Shown here: positions 25,912-43,217 of the stretch, one piece after another
Layout of the letters: the number at the start of each line of letters is the position of its first letter
Numbering within the stretch: the first letter of the stretch is position 1
Origin: Eledone cirrhosa
Taxonomy: Eukaryota
Length of the DNA stretch: 64,000 bases
Assembly: GCA_964016885.1 (NCBI GenBank)
Contig: OZ024762.1
Span: forward strand, 620,001-684,000
Reading direction: 5' to 3'
Made by a program: the position numbers and the translations under genes
Notes under the pieces: model-generated
What the model was told of the DNA's origin: nothing
The model's input: only the letters and a program-made list of their open reading frames with translations
Database searches by the model: none

Positions 25912-25952
<41 letters not shown>

Positions 25953-26054
25953 GTACGTGCATGCATACAGAGCCCAACGGCTGAGCTCTTGCCGTTTCTA
26001 ACCTTAAACGTGCCTGGAATTTACTGTCGCAACAAGAGCTCGGCGTCGGGTCTC

Positions 26055-26089
<35 letters not shown>

Positions 26090-26133
26090 TATATTACACG
26101 TATTTTAAATTGCACACGGACTTTATGGACACC

Positions 26134-26172
<39 letters not shown>

Positions 26173-27275
26173 GTATGTATAATGTGCATATATATATATA
26201 TATCGTTTACTAGTGTGCGTATAGTTTATACAAATTGAACTTTTACATTCCAAACAATAGCCACTGTACATGCATATGTGTGTGTATATATATATATATA
26301 TATATGAAACTACGAAACTTTGCTGTGTGGAGTTTATTATGGAAAGTTTGCCGGGGGGGGGGGGGGGTAGACAGCCGAAAGATCATTTGTGTGTATATAT
26401 ATATATATATATATATACATACATTGTGTGTATATGTATAGAATATCTTATACATATCTCTGATGGGTCGACAAAATATCATTCCCTGGGGATATATAAA
26501 ACCTCAAGCAACTTAAATTGTGTATAATATATCTATATATATACACACACTCTCTTATATGCGTGTATATAAACTTTAAGAAAATTAAGAAAGAGAGGAC
26601 AAGACAACGAACGGAAACAAAACAAAACGAAAAACAATTTTTAAGGGAAAAAGCTTAAAAAATATATAGAAACGAAGGACACAGAAGTCCATGGTCATCG
26701 GCCGTTGAGATGGACTTGGGCAGTTTTTACCCCTACCAACGGTACCGTTGGTCTACAGGGCCTCCAACAGAAATATTGTAAGGCGGTACAAGACCCCTTT
26801 GGGGCCCGTAGCAGGCAAAGATTTTTTCTCAAAATGGATGTTGCATGGTTTCTTAGTTCTTGGTCCCCGGAACAAACTACCGACTGGACCCCCTCCCCCT
26901 ATCATAGGCCCTGCTGATTCATCCGGGGTCACAGCGTCTGACATAAGCCAAACACTGTCCAAAGGAGCATGAGACGAAAGACGAACATTAATTTAATATA
27001 CAATGTTAGGGGAAATGTTTGGTGCCTCGCATAGCACGTGAAACATGAGGGAAACAAAGAAAGAAAAGGCAAGAACAAGAAAGTAAGGTATCGTGTTAAA
27101 ATTGTAAGCCATTACAATACTGGGATGCCACATGCAGCGAAACCTTCTCCAGCTGCAACCTGGTGCAGTCTGCGACTAACCCAGGCTCTGCTTCACTTCG
27201 GGCCTAGGAGGGTAAACTCTCCAAATATAGGTAGCTCTCCGACACGTTTGCGGTCGAGATCGTAGCAGTGAAAAT

Positions 27276-27460
27276 TTCTGGTCTCCTTGGCCCTAGGACC
27301 ACCTTCCTTCACACCACTCTCGGCTTCTGGTCTCCTTGGCCCTAGGACCACCTCCCTACACACCACTCTCGGCTTCTGGTCTCCTTGGCCCTAGGACCAC
27401 CTCCCTACACACCACTCTCGGCTTCTGGTCTCCTTGGCCCTAGGACCACCTCCCTACACA
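27276..27460. repeat. 49-bp GC-rich tandem repeat, about 3.8 copies
   Basis: Units start at 27276, 27325, 27374 and 27423. Confidence 0.93.
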
Positions 27461-28499
27461 GAGTTGGTTACCAGCAGGTGTGAGCCTCGCGAACTGGAAT
27501 GGCTCTTCCAACGCATCAGTCATCACCCTCCGAGGAAACACCATCTCGATTCTGTCCGTCTGGGTCGCAGAGTGGCCAGCTCGTGGGTCGCAGGGTGGCC
27601 AGCTCGTGGGTCCCAGGTTTGCTCATAATAGTGAGGGATGGGGAGAGGGACGAGACAGTGGGAGTTTGGTTCCATTGTATTCGGACCTGGTGTATATATA
27701 TATATATATTTATTTACCACGCCACATATAAATATCTTCCCATCATGCACCTGGCAGCAGTTTTAATGGGGCACCGACTTATTTTTATATATATATATGT
27801 TTCATATTGTGTATAACTATGTAATTATATATATATATATATATATATATAACAGTGTAAAGTTGCCTCCTGTGTTTTGTTTATTAACTACATATATATA
27901 TATAAACTATTTATTAACTACATATATATATATAAACTATTTATTAACTATATATATATATATAAACTATTTATTAACTATATAAATATAATAATTGAAA
28001 CAAAACAAAACACAGGAATGCAAAATTACATTTATATTAGGTTCATACACACACACACATATATATATATATGTACACACATATATATATATATATGTAC
28101 ACACACAAACTTCTTTGCCTTGTTCTTCATTTTCTTGTCTTTTATTGTTGTCTGGTGTCTCAGAAATAAATATAAAATTTATTAAAAAAACTAATTAAAT
28201 AAAATATTCTTAGATACACAACAACAATAAAAACAGTTTTGATGTTTGATGGTAGGTTAGGACTGACCTAGGGTTAAACAGCAACCATGGCAGCTAAAAT
28301 GGCGCTGCTTGTAAAAGAGTTAACATTGGTTTATGCAGATATTTGTCCTCCCAGGTTTGGAGTTCAAATATAGTTGAAATCGATTTTTTTTTTATCTTCC
28401 ATATGTTTAGATATCGATCTATCCACCTGTTTTCTCTCTCTATATATTTATATATATATGCACACACATATATATGTACACATGGGTTTACCGAACATT

Positions 28500-28533
<34 letters not shown>

Positions 28534-28694
28534 CACCTTTTCTCTGTAACCTCTTTTGTATAGAACCTGACTCCTTTTTCAAGTATGTATAGAGTTGACT
28601 CTTACATGATTAAAACTGTTTCATTCGTTTGGCGTACATAGATATATATATTTACATACGTGTGCGTGTATACATACATAAATATATATATATG

Positions 28695-28788
28695 AAAATG
28701 TTTAACCCCGACGGCAGAGCTCAAGCCGTTTCGACGGCTATTTCTAGGCTGAAACGGCTTGAGCGCTGCCGTCGCGGTTAAACATTTT
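28695..28788. repeat. Inverted repeat built from 3' halves of a hammerhead-like motif
   Basis: GAAACGGCTTGAGCGCTGCCGTC and an inverted partner; relatives near 14049, 25975, 40601 and 60409. Confidence 0.7.
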
Positions 28789-28869
28789 TCTATTACCCAC
28801 TCTACTACCCTAAGTATTGAGTACTCTGGTGCATTGTGGTCCATCTGGCTCCTTAGCACACCTCCTTCG

Positions 28870-31480
<2,611 letters not shown>

Positions 31481-31814
31481 TTCATTTCATTTTTACGTCC
31501 ACTTTTCCCTGCTTGCAAAGGTGGGACGGGAACTGATGCTGGCTTGATTTCTACAGCTGGATGCCCTTCCTAACACCAACCTCATTTACAGTGAGTGGTG
31601 GGTGCTTTTTTGCCGTGGCACCTCCACGACCACTTTGCAGTGGAATGATAGGGACCCCAGTCCCTATCATCTCATTTCTACAGCTGAGTAAACTGGAGCA
31701 ATGTGAAATAAAGTGTCTTGCTCAAGGAAACAACACATCACCCGGTCTGAGAATTGAACTCACAACCTTTCGGTTGCAAGGCCAATGCTCTAACCACTAA
31801 GCCATGTGCCTCCA
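31481..31814 (-). mobile_element. Full-length tRNA-derived SINE (family A)
   Basis: Head GGAGGCACATGGCTTAGTGGTTAGAGCATTGGCCTTGCAACC with A and B boxes; internal hairpin GATAGGGAC..GTCCCTATC; RTE-shared tail. Confidence 0.88.
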
Positions 31815-31971
31815 CATATATATATATATATATATATTTTTTTTTTTTTTATATATATATATGGTCTGTTGGAGATGCAGGACATGGCAGCGATAATGAG
31901 GGACAGAGACCGCTGGAGAGAACTCGTATATGGATCTCGGGAATTTTACCCGCCTTAGATAGATATATATA

Positions 31972-32999
<1,028 letters not shown>

Positions 33000-33229
33000 A
33001 TATATGTGTGTGTGTGTGTATATATGTGTGTGTGTGTGTGTGTATATATGTGTGTGTGTGTGTGTATATATATGTGTGTGTGTGTGTGTATATATATATG
33101 TGGGTGTGTGTGTATATATATATGTGGGTGTGTGTATATATATGTGTGTGTGTGTGTATCTGTATGGGTATGAATGTGTATATAATATATATATATATAA
33201 ACATACACATATGTATATATATATATACA

Positions 33230-33306
33230 CAGAATGTCCCAAAAAATGTATACACACTTTTATTAGAATGCTGTTGAAGTGTGTATACATTTTTGGGGAC
33301 ACCCTC
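33230..33306. mobile_element. Tiny Tc1/mariner-type MITE
   Basis: Degenerate TIR CAGGGTGTCCCCAAAAAATGTATAC; copies at 34889 and 45775. Confidence 0.7.
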
Positions 33307-34888
33307 TCTATATATACAGATGTGTGTGTGTGCACATACATATATATATACACACATATATGTGTGAGTGTGCACATATATATATACACACATATATATG
33401 TGTGTGTATGCACATATATATATACACACACATATATATGTGTGTGTATGCACATATATATATACACGCATATATATATACACACATATATATATACACA
33501 CATATATATATATGTGTGTGTGTACACTGCCACAGTAGTGGAAACAGCGATTTAAATCGGAAATACAATTACAGCTGATTCACGCATGTAAAAAAAACCG
33601 GCTTATAACATTACCTCTTCCTCCTCCTCACATCTCTCTATCTCTCTCTCTCACTTTACCTCCTCCTCCTCAGATCTCTCTCTATCTCTCCCAGCTTCAC
33701 AACCTCCTTTCTCTCTCTCTCTCTCTCTCTTTTTCTTCTAGACTTCACATCCTCCCCCTTTTTATATCTAGTTCTCTCGCTGTCCCTCTCTTGTTCTTTC
33801 TCGCTCATTATCTCTCTCTCTCTCCCTATCTCCCCCTCTCTTTCTCTCTCGTTCTCTATCCCCCCCCCTCTGTATTATTTTTCCTGAAAAACAAAACAAA
33901 AAAAGTATGTTGGTTTCCTGTACTTTGAATGGAATGGGCCTCCGTCTGTGGTCGACGAAGATTGTTGCAGTTGTTCGAACTCTAGAACAGCCTGCTCGCG
34001 AAACTAACGTGCAAGTGGCTGAGCATTCCATAGACACGTGAACCCATGACGTAATTCTCAGGGAGATTCAGTTAGAAATATGGTGTTGTGTTATGTTGTA
34101 TTGTATTATAAGTGGCTGAGCATTCCACAGACAACGAACCTATGACGTAATTCTCAGGGAGATTCAGTGTCAAGGCTGATCTTTTGAACTAAAGGTAGAT
34201 CCTATCTAACGGGCTTCCAAACAGCTTCCGTCTACCAATTTCATTTACATGGCTTGTGATGGCTGAAAATGTTATAGACTGACCAAGATACTCTCATGGA
34301 ATGACCAAATGAGGTTTATCTTTCAACAGAGTCCCTAGAAAGAAACAATGTAGTTATTAATAAGATGTGAAATTAATGCTTGTAAGATTTCACAGCTTTA
34401 GCATCTCTCCTTCATTGTCAGCCTATGGAAACATGGTGTCTGATGTTCTGCCAAAGCAAGATTTCACAGCACTAGCATTACTCATTCGAAAGGGCCAACT
34501 TTGTCTCACACACACACACATATACACATAACTATACACATACACGCACTCACATACATACACACACACACACACACCTACACAAACATACCTACACATA
34601 CACACACTCACATACATACACACACACACACTCCAACTATTTGTAAATTTTCAGAATGTTTTACAAGTATTTTGGGTGAAAACTCCCTTTGTCAGGAATA
34701 TAAAAATGAAGGTCTACGTGAGTGGTTTATAAGAGAGAATGGCGGAGAGAGGAATTTTACTGTAAAACACAAACCTGCCAGAATATATTCGAATATAAGA
34801 CCCCCCCCCCCTCTCTCGTATTTTGGGAGTTAGGTTTATATATACACAAGTATATATATATATGTGTGTGGGTGTGTGTACACATCTA

Positions 34889-34967
34889 CAGGGTGTCCCC
34901 AAAAAATGTATACCTACTTCAACAGCATTCTAATAAATGTGTGTATTCATTTTTAGGGGACGCCCTG
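34889..34967. mobile_element. Tiny Tc1/mariner-type MITE
   Basis: TA|CAGGGTGTCCCC...GGGGACGCCCTG|TA. Confidence 0.78.
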
Positions 34968-34989
34968 TATATTTATATATTTATACATG

Positions 34990-35181
34990 ACATATCATCA
35001 TTTTACGTCCGCCTTTCCCTGCTTGCAAGGGTGGGACGGGTCCTATTCAGCGCAGCATCTCTCCACTTGTCAAGGTCCTTCGTCATCTCCTCCGTGAGTT
35101 TCACCAATCTGAGGTCTGCTCTCATCTCCTCCGCCCATCTTTATCGTGGTCTTCCTCTACTGCATCTTCCCTCTACTGGGA
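34990..35181 (-). mobile_element. RTE family 1 short 3' fragment
   Basis: Similar to 32006-32200. Confidence 0.8.
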
Positions 35182-35221
35182 TTTGTGTGTGTACATCTAT
35201 ATCTATATATTTCTACACGAG

Positions 35222-35335
35222 ATGTATATATATATATATGTATATAATATATATATATGTATGTATATAATATATATATATATGTATGTATATATATAAT
35301 ATATATATATATGTATATAATATATATATGTATGT

Positions 35336-35380
<45 letters not shown>

Positions 35381-35536
35381 GTTTGTATATATATAATATA
35401 TATGTATGTATATATATAATATATATATATAATATATATATATATGTATATAATATATATATGTATGTATATATATAATTATATATTATGTATATAATAT
35501 ATATATGTATGTATATATATAATATATATATATATA

Positions 35537-35567
<31 letters not shown>

Positions 35568-36181
35568 TATGTATATAATATATATATATATGTATATAAT
35601 ATATATATATATGTATGTATGTATATAATATATATATATATGTATGTATGATATAATATATGTATGTATATAAATATATATATATGTATGTATGTATATA
35701 ATATATATATATGTATTATTTATATAATATATATATATATGTATGTATATAATATATATATATATGTATGTATGTATATAATATATATATATATATATAT
35801 GTATGTATATAATATATATGTATGTATGTATGTATGTATATATATAATATATATATGTATGTATATATATAATATATATATGTATGTATATATATAATAT
35901 ATATATGTATGTATGTATATATATAATATATATATGTATGTATATATATAATATATATATGTATGTATGTATATATATATATATATATGTATATAATATA
36001 TATATATGTATATAATATATATATATGTATATAATATATATATATGTATATAATATATATATATATATGTATATAATATATATATATATATATATGTATA
36101 TAATATATATATATATATATATGTATATAATATATATATATATATATATGTATATAATATATATATATATATATGTATATA

Positions 36182-36215
<34 letters not shown>

Positions 36216-36460
36216 GTATATAATATATATATATATATATGTATATAATATATATATATATATATATGTATATAATATATATATATATATATGTATATAA
36301 TATATATATATATATGTATATAATATATATATATGTATATAATATATATATATGTATATAATATATATATATATATATGTATATAATATATATATATGTA
36401 TATAATATAAATATATGTATATATATATATGTATATAATATATATATATATATGTATATA

Positions 36461-36494
<34 letters not shown>

Positions 36495-37526
36495 GTATAT
36501 AATATATATATATATATATGTATATAATATATATATATATATATGTATATAATATATATATGTATATAATATAAATATATGTATATATATATATATGTAT
36601 ATAATATGTATATATATATATGTATATAATATATATATATATATATGTATATAATATATATATATGTATATAATATAAATATATGTATATATATATATAT
36701 ATGTATATAATATGTATATATATTATATGTATATAATATATATATGTATATAATATATATATGTAATATATATGTATATAATATATATATATGTATATAA
36801 TATATATATATATATATGTATATAATATATATGTATATAATATATATATATGTATATAATATATATGTATATAATATATATGTATATAATATATATATAT
36901 GTATATAATATATATATATATAATATATATGTATATAATATATATGTATATAATATATATGTATATAATATATGTATATATATATGTATATAATATATGT
37001 ATATAATATATGTATATAATATATATATATGTATATAATATATGTATATAATATATATATATATGTATATAATATATGTATATAATATATATATATGTAT
37101 ATAATATATGTATATAATATATATATATATGTATATAATATATGTATATAATATATATATATGTATATAATATATGTATATAATATATATATATATGTAT
37201 ATAATATATGTATATATGTATATAATATATGTATATAATATATATATATGTATATAATATATATATGTATATATATATGTATATAATATATATATATGTA
37301 TATATATATGTATATAATATATATATATGTATATATATATGTATATAATATATGTATATAATATATATATGTATATAATATATATATATGTATATAATAT
37401 ATATATATGTATATAATATATATATGTATATAATATATATATATGTATATAATATATATATATGTATATATATATATATATGTATATAATATATATATAT
37501 GTATATAATATATATATATGTATATA

Positions 37527-37557
<31 letters not shown>

Positions 37558-37962
37558 TGTATATAATATATATATATATGTATATAATATATATATATAT
37601 GTATATAATATATATATATGTATATAATATATATATATGTATATAATATATATATATGTATATATATATGTATATAATATATATATATGTATATATATAT
37701 GTATATAATATATATATATGTATATATGTATATAATATATATATATGTATATAATATATATATATGTATATATATATGTATATAATATATATATATGTAT
37801 ATATATATGTATATAATATATATATATGTATATATATATGTATATAATATATATATATGTATATATATATGTATGTAATATATATATATATGTATATATA
37901 TATATGTATATAATATATATATATGTATATATATATGTATATAATATATATATATGTATATA

Positions 37963-38019
<57 letters not shown>

Positions 38020-38117
38020 TATGTATATAATATATATATATATATGTATATAATATATATATATATATGTATATAATATATATATATGTATATAATATAT
38101 ATATATATATGTATATA

Positions 38118-38172
<55 letters not shown>

Positions 38173-38600
38173 ATATATATATATATATATATGTATATAA
38201 TATATATATATATATATATGTATATAATATATATATATATGTATGTATATAATATATATATATATGTATGTATATAATATATATATATATGTATGTATAT
38301 AATATATATATATGTATGTATATAATATATATATATATGTATGTATATATATGTATATGTATATGTATATAATATATATATATGTATGTATATGTATATG
38401 TATATAATATATATATATATATGTATGTATATGTATATAATATATATATATATGTATGTATATATATGTATATGTATATAATATATATATATGTATATGT
38501 ATATAATATATATATATGTATATGTATATAATATATATATATATATATGTATATAATATATATATGTATATAATGTATATATAGATATTTATATATATCT
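35222..38600. repeat. ~3.4-kb AT microsatellite with recurring unit GTATATAATATA(TA)n
   Basis: Essentially only A, T and sparse G; source of the 980-aa ORF. Confidence 0.97.
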
Positions 38601-38921
38601 GTGTGTATATATACACAGATATATATCTACACAAGAGATCTCTATTAAAGCCATTCATCTCTCTATTGTTTGCTTAATATAGAATATATTCTGTTGACTA
38701 AAGTTAGACTTACATCCTCACTTCCTAATGTCTGAATCACTCATATTTACTGTTGTTTTGTTGTATATATATATGTATATATGTAGGTATATATAGCTAT
38801 ATATATATGTATATATGTAGGTATATATATATATGTATATATATGTATATATATATATATTTATAGAGACTTTTTGTGCTGTTATATAATGAAGCACACA
38901 TCTCACTACAACAATAACAAG

Positions 38922-39200
38922 GCTACCACCACCACCAACACCATTACCTCCACAACAACATCACCCCACCACCACTACCCACCCCACCACCACTACCAAC
39001 AACACCACCACCACCATCACCCCACCACCACTACCAACAACACCACCACCACCACCATCACCCCACCACCACTACCAACAACACCACCACCAACACCACC
39101 ATCACCCCACCACCACTACCAACAACACCACCACCATCACCCCACCACCATTACCACCATCACCCCACCACCACTACCACCAACACCACCACACCTACCT
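38922..39200. repeat. (CCA/CAA)n compound repeat
   Basis: Direct inspection. Confidence 0.88.
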
Positions 39201-39266
39201 TTTTTAAACTATAAATACGATAACCTTAAAACTATTTTACCATTATATGTTTTCTCTGTGTTAAAG

Positions 39267-39346
39267 GACCGAGGTGTTGGTAAAAGCAGTATGTTGTTCC
39301 GGATGACTCTAGAACATTTTACTGGTTCCATAGACACTAACTTTGG
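39267..39346 (+). CDS. Rab22/31-like exon 2 (P-loop, switch I)
   Basis: ttaaag|GAC...GG|gtaagt, 80 nt; DRGVGKSSMLFRMTLEHFTGSIDTNFG. Confidence 0.9.
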
Positions 39347-39384
39347 GTAAGTAAATATTGGAATATATTAAGACATCTTCCTTC

Positions 39385-39635
39385 TCCTTCACCCACATAT
39401 TCTTGAGAGGGTCGTGGGCAGCAGAGTTCTCAAACACTCCTTCCAGCAGATCCTGTCAGAAGCAACCATCTCCAATTGATCTGGCTTGATCCTGAAGTGA
39501 GACCAGCCAATATCATGGATGTTATCCAACCATCTTGCTCAGGGTCTACTCCTGGGTCTCCTGCCGGTTGGTTTTGCCCGTAAAATCTTGCCAGAGATTC
39601 TTTCCTGAGACATTCTAACCACATGTCCATAGTAT
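39385..39635 (-). mobile_element. RTE family 2 3' fragment
   Basis: Similar to 3865-4130. Confidence 0.75.
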
Positions 39636-39647
39636 CGATACCATATA

Positions 39648-39855
39648 CAGGGCCAGATTTACCATTGTGCTTAAGAACAGGGCACTGTTGGCTGAGGGGG
39701 GGGGGGGGGGCATCTTCCTGCCCATAAACATTTTTTACTTGGGGCCCAAGTAGGGGGCCTCATGACTTAACTAGCCCAGGGCCTCATAATTTAACTAGTG
39801 CAGGACCTAATAATTTAACTAGCCCAGGGCCTTGTTTGTCCTAAATCTGGCACTG
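39648..39855. mobile_element. hAT-like MITE
   Basis: TIR CAGGGCCAGATTTA / TAAATCTGGCACTG; imperfect 8-bp flanks ACCATATA/ACTATAAA; related copy about 17214-17385. Confidence 0.68.
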
Positions 39856-40132
39856 ACTATAAACATTTGAAGTAACAAACATGTTTTTAGATATTTTCTG
39901 CTAAATCATTCCAGGATAAGAGATAAATATTGAAGCAAATGATTTTGTTGTGAAAGAATTTGAGAATGCAACACTTTCCCTCCCCGTAATAATTTATGTA
40001 TTATCAACAATTTTAACCCTGTGATGGACTGGTGACCTGTCCAGGGGAAAGTCTTCTTCTCTCAGTCATAAACACCTTTAGACTTTAGAAACTATGAGAT
40101 ATTCATTGTTCTTTTCTGTTTTTATATTTCAG

Positions 40133-40214
40133 TTCTAGTTTCTTATCGAAATCAATCCAGTTGGATGGTACAACATACAAATTCCAGATTTGGGACACAC
40201 CGGGACAAGAACGA
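40133..40214 (+). CDS. Rab22/31-like exon 3 (G3 box)
   Basis: tttcag|T...CGA|gttagt, 82 nt; SSFLSKSIQLDGTTYKFQIWDTPGQER. Confidence 0.92.
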
Positions 40215-40254
40215 GTTAGTCTTCCCTTTCTTCTCCTCCTCTTCTTCTTCTTCC

Positions 40255-40590
40255 TCTTCTTCTTCACCCACTTATTCCTGAGAGAGTCGTGGTGGCAGTC
40301 CTCAAACACTCCCTCCAACTGATCCGGCAGGATCCCCAAGTGAGACCAGCCAAGCTCATGGATGTTATCCAACCATCTTGCTCAGGGTGAGACTACCCCT
40401 GGGTCTCCTGCTGGTTGGTTTAGCCTGTAAAATCTGTCCAGTGATTCTTTCCTGAGACATTCTAACCACATGTCCATAGTATCAGAGCTGTGATGTCTCA
40501 ATTCAGAGAAGTAACAGCTCTTCCTGGAGTGACTCTCTCATCTCTGAGCTACGCACTCTATCGAGTAATGTTACTCCAAAGACCCTTCAG
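40255..40590 (-). mobile_element. RTE family 2 3' fragment
   Basis: Similar to 3865-4190; its (GAA)n tail abuts the Rab exon 3 donor. Confidence 0.75.
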
Positions 40591-40765
40591 ATTTAACTGT
40601 TGAAACAGCAAGAGCTCAGCCGTCGGGTCCTGAGTCTTTATAATATAACAATACTCATCTGCCCCAAGTATTAACCCTCTGAAATGATCGTAAAACAATG
40701 AACTAACTCTCTACCTATACCTGACTTCTGTTTTTCATTGTCCTATGCACAAACATATATATATA

Positions 40766-40964
40766 TGTTATACTTGGGGAGGGTCATATTGTTATAATAT
40801 TGCCAGAAATAATAACAGAACACACTCACTGTTTGGTTTTCGCTTCTGTATCTTTTATATCTCCATAGTTACAGAAGCAAAAACCAACCCAAACCAAATA
40901 GTGAGTGTGTTCTGTTATTATTTCTGGCAATATTATAACAATATGACCCTCCCCAAGTATAACA
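40766..40964. repeat. Inverted repeat (~75-bp arms); a third copy lies at 42921-43030
   Basis: TGTTATACTTGGGGAGGGTCATATTG... and reverse complements. Confidence 0.88.
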
Positions 40965-41009
40965 ATATTTGTTTCAACACACGATTTCATATCAAAAACC
41001 TTGCAAAAG

Positions 41010-41044
<35 letters not shown>

Positions 41045-41065
41045 CTTTATTCTATTCCACCACAG

Positions 41066-41137
41066 CTCCTCACCAATTATTCCAGTCAAATGCACGGTGC
41101 CTCAGCTATTGTTATTGTCTACGATGTCACAAATAAG
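41066..41137 (+). CDS. Rab22/31-like exon 4 (switch II, beta-4)
   Basis: ccacag|CTC...AAG|gtaaac, 72 nt; LLTNYSSQMHGASAIVIVYDVTNK. Confidence 0.9.
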
Positions 41138-41287
41138 GTAAACTACAACACCACCTCCTCCTCATAATATCCCGTTAATCTGTTATTCTGTAAACCAATT
41201 ATTCTGTTACTCAATTATTCTATCTATCTCTGCGAAAGTCTTCAACTCCTTTTTATTTACCATTTGCTCTTCTTGGTGCCATTTATG

Positions 41288-41800
41288 ACACACAGGAATA
41301 CTGTACCTATTATAAACCAGGTACACACAGGGATACAGTGTACCTATTATAAACCAGGTACACACAGGGATACAGTGTACCTATTGTAAACCAGGTACAC
41401 ACAGGGATACAGTGTACCTATTGTAAACCAGGTACACACAGGGATACAGTGTACCTATTGTAAACCAGGTACACACAGGGATACAGTGTACCTATTATAA
41501 ACCAGGTATACACAGGGATACAGTGTACCTATTGTAAACCAGGTACACACAGGGATACAGTGTACCTATTGTAAACCAGGTACACACAGGGATACAGTGT
41601 ACCTATTGTAAACCAGGTATATACAGGATTACAGTGTACCCATTGTAAACTGGGTACACACAGGGATACAGTGTACCTATTGTAAACCAGGTATACACAG
41701 GGATACAGTGTACCTATTGTAAACCAGGTATATACAGGATTACAGTGTACCCATTGTAAACTGGGTACACACAGGGATACAGTGTACCTATTGTAAAACC
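41288..41800. repeat. 37-bp minisatellite, 13-14 copies
   Basis: ACACACAGGGATACAGTGTACCTATTGTAAACCAGGT. Confidence 0.95.
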
Positions 41801-42067
41801 AAGGGTGTTTTGAACATAACTTAACAAAGGTTCTTCCATAAAATATACAGTTTTCTATTGTACCTCCCCCCTCTCCTGATTGACATCAGATATGATATAC
41901 GAGTCTCTATGTGGTTGATTGTCATGCTAGAAATAACAGCCGAGTCTCTCATGTCACACCCAATGATCTGTAAAATAAAGGAAGGACACATTGAATGATG
42001 TCAGCTATGAAAGATGGGATGGTCATGGCAGGAAGATATTTTAATTATTATTTTTTGTTTTTGACAG

Positions 42068-42194
42068 AATTCTTTTGCTAATGCTACAACAAGTTGGTGG
42101 AAGAAAGTGCAGAAACACGGTGGCGCCAATTTGGTGGTGGCCCTGGCTGGCAATAAATGTGACCTGGAAGCTAGCAGGAAGGTGAAAACAACAG
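42068..42194 (+). CDS. Rab22/31-like exon 5 (G4 NKCD)
   Basis: tgacag|AAT...ACA G|gtagac, 127 nt; NSFANATTSWWKKVQKHGGANLVVALAGNKCDLEASRKVKTT. Confidence 0.92.
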
Positions 42195-42357
42195 GTAGAC
42201 AGCCTTTTACCATTTGTTCTTCAATTTATTGTTATTTTTTATTATATTACCTGAAGGTCCAGAGTAAATACAACAATTAAAACGAAAACCGACCAACGGC
42301 ACTGGACATAATATATCACAACGATAGATACGGAAAGAAAAAAAAAATGTATATATA

Positions 42358-42638
42358 TCACCATCATCATCATTTTACGTCCACTTTTCCCTGCTTGCAA
42401 GGGTTAGACGGCTCCTATTCAGCACAGCATCTCTCCACTTGTCACGGTCCTTCGTCATCTCCTCCGTGAGTTTCAGCAAAATGAGGTCTGCTCTCACCAC
42501 CTCCACCCATGTTTTGCGTGGTCTTCCTCTACTATGTCTTCCTTCTACTGGCATTTCTTGGCACTTCTTTACCCAGAGGTCATCCTCCATGCGCATCATA
42601 TGTCCATACCATCGCAGTCTTCTCTCTTGCACACTACA
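42358..42638 (-). mobile_element. RTE family 1 3' fragment
   Basis: ERRLRWYGHMMRMEDDLWVKKCQEMPVEGRHSRGRPRKTW. Confidence 0.85.
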
Positions 42639-43124
42639 ACTTATAAATCATATTTAAAATGCTGGAGAAAACAACAAAGATTTATGAATACATATATATA
42701 TTTAATGGCTGACAAGTTGTTTTAAATATTGCAGAGTAAGAATGGACATAGATGTTGAGATATTGAATGTAAATTGCTAGTCTAGCAACCTATATGTATT
42801 GAGCACACTAACCTTCTCTCTACTGGCCAGTAATCTGCATAACTAATCACCTTTCTCTCCTCCTGATTAGTTTACTTACTTTTTACTTGTTTATATATAA
42901 ACATTGATTGCCAAATAAATTAACTATGGAAATATAAAAAATACAGAAGCGAAAACCAACCAAACAGTGAATGTGTTCTGTTATTATTTCTGGCAATATT
43001 ATACCAATATGACCCTCCCCAAGTATAACAATATATATATATATAATCTCAGCACTTAAAAGTCCAAGAATTTGGCTTCGTACATTCTTTATACATAATT
43101 TTTGTTGTTTTTGTCTTATTCCAG

Positions 43125-43217
43125 ACGGCAAATCATTCGCTGACAGCAACGGAGCCGTGTTTGTTGAAACTAGTGCCTTAACATCAACAAATTTAGTTTT
43201 CTTACTTCAAGAAATTG
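43125..43217 (+). CDS. Rab22/31-like exon 6 (G5 ETSA)
   Basis: ttccag|AC...ATT G|gtgaga, 93 nt; DGKSFADSNGAVFVETSALTSTNLVFLLQEI. Confidence 0.92.

Noticed and set aside
31740-31814. tRNA gene (also 9835-9905 and 57321-57392)
   Set aside because: A and B boxes are present but there is no proper acceptor stem, and the sequence runs into a repeated SINE body
35716-38658. 980-aa ORF
   Set aside because: Pure AT microsatellite translation
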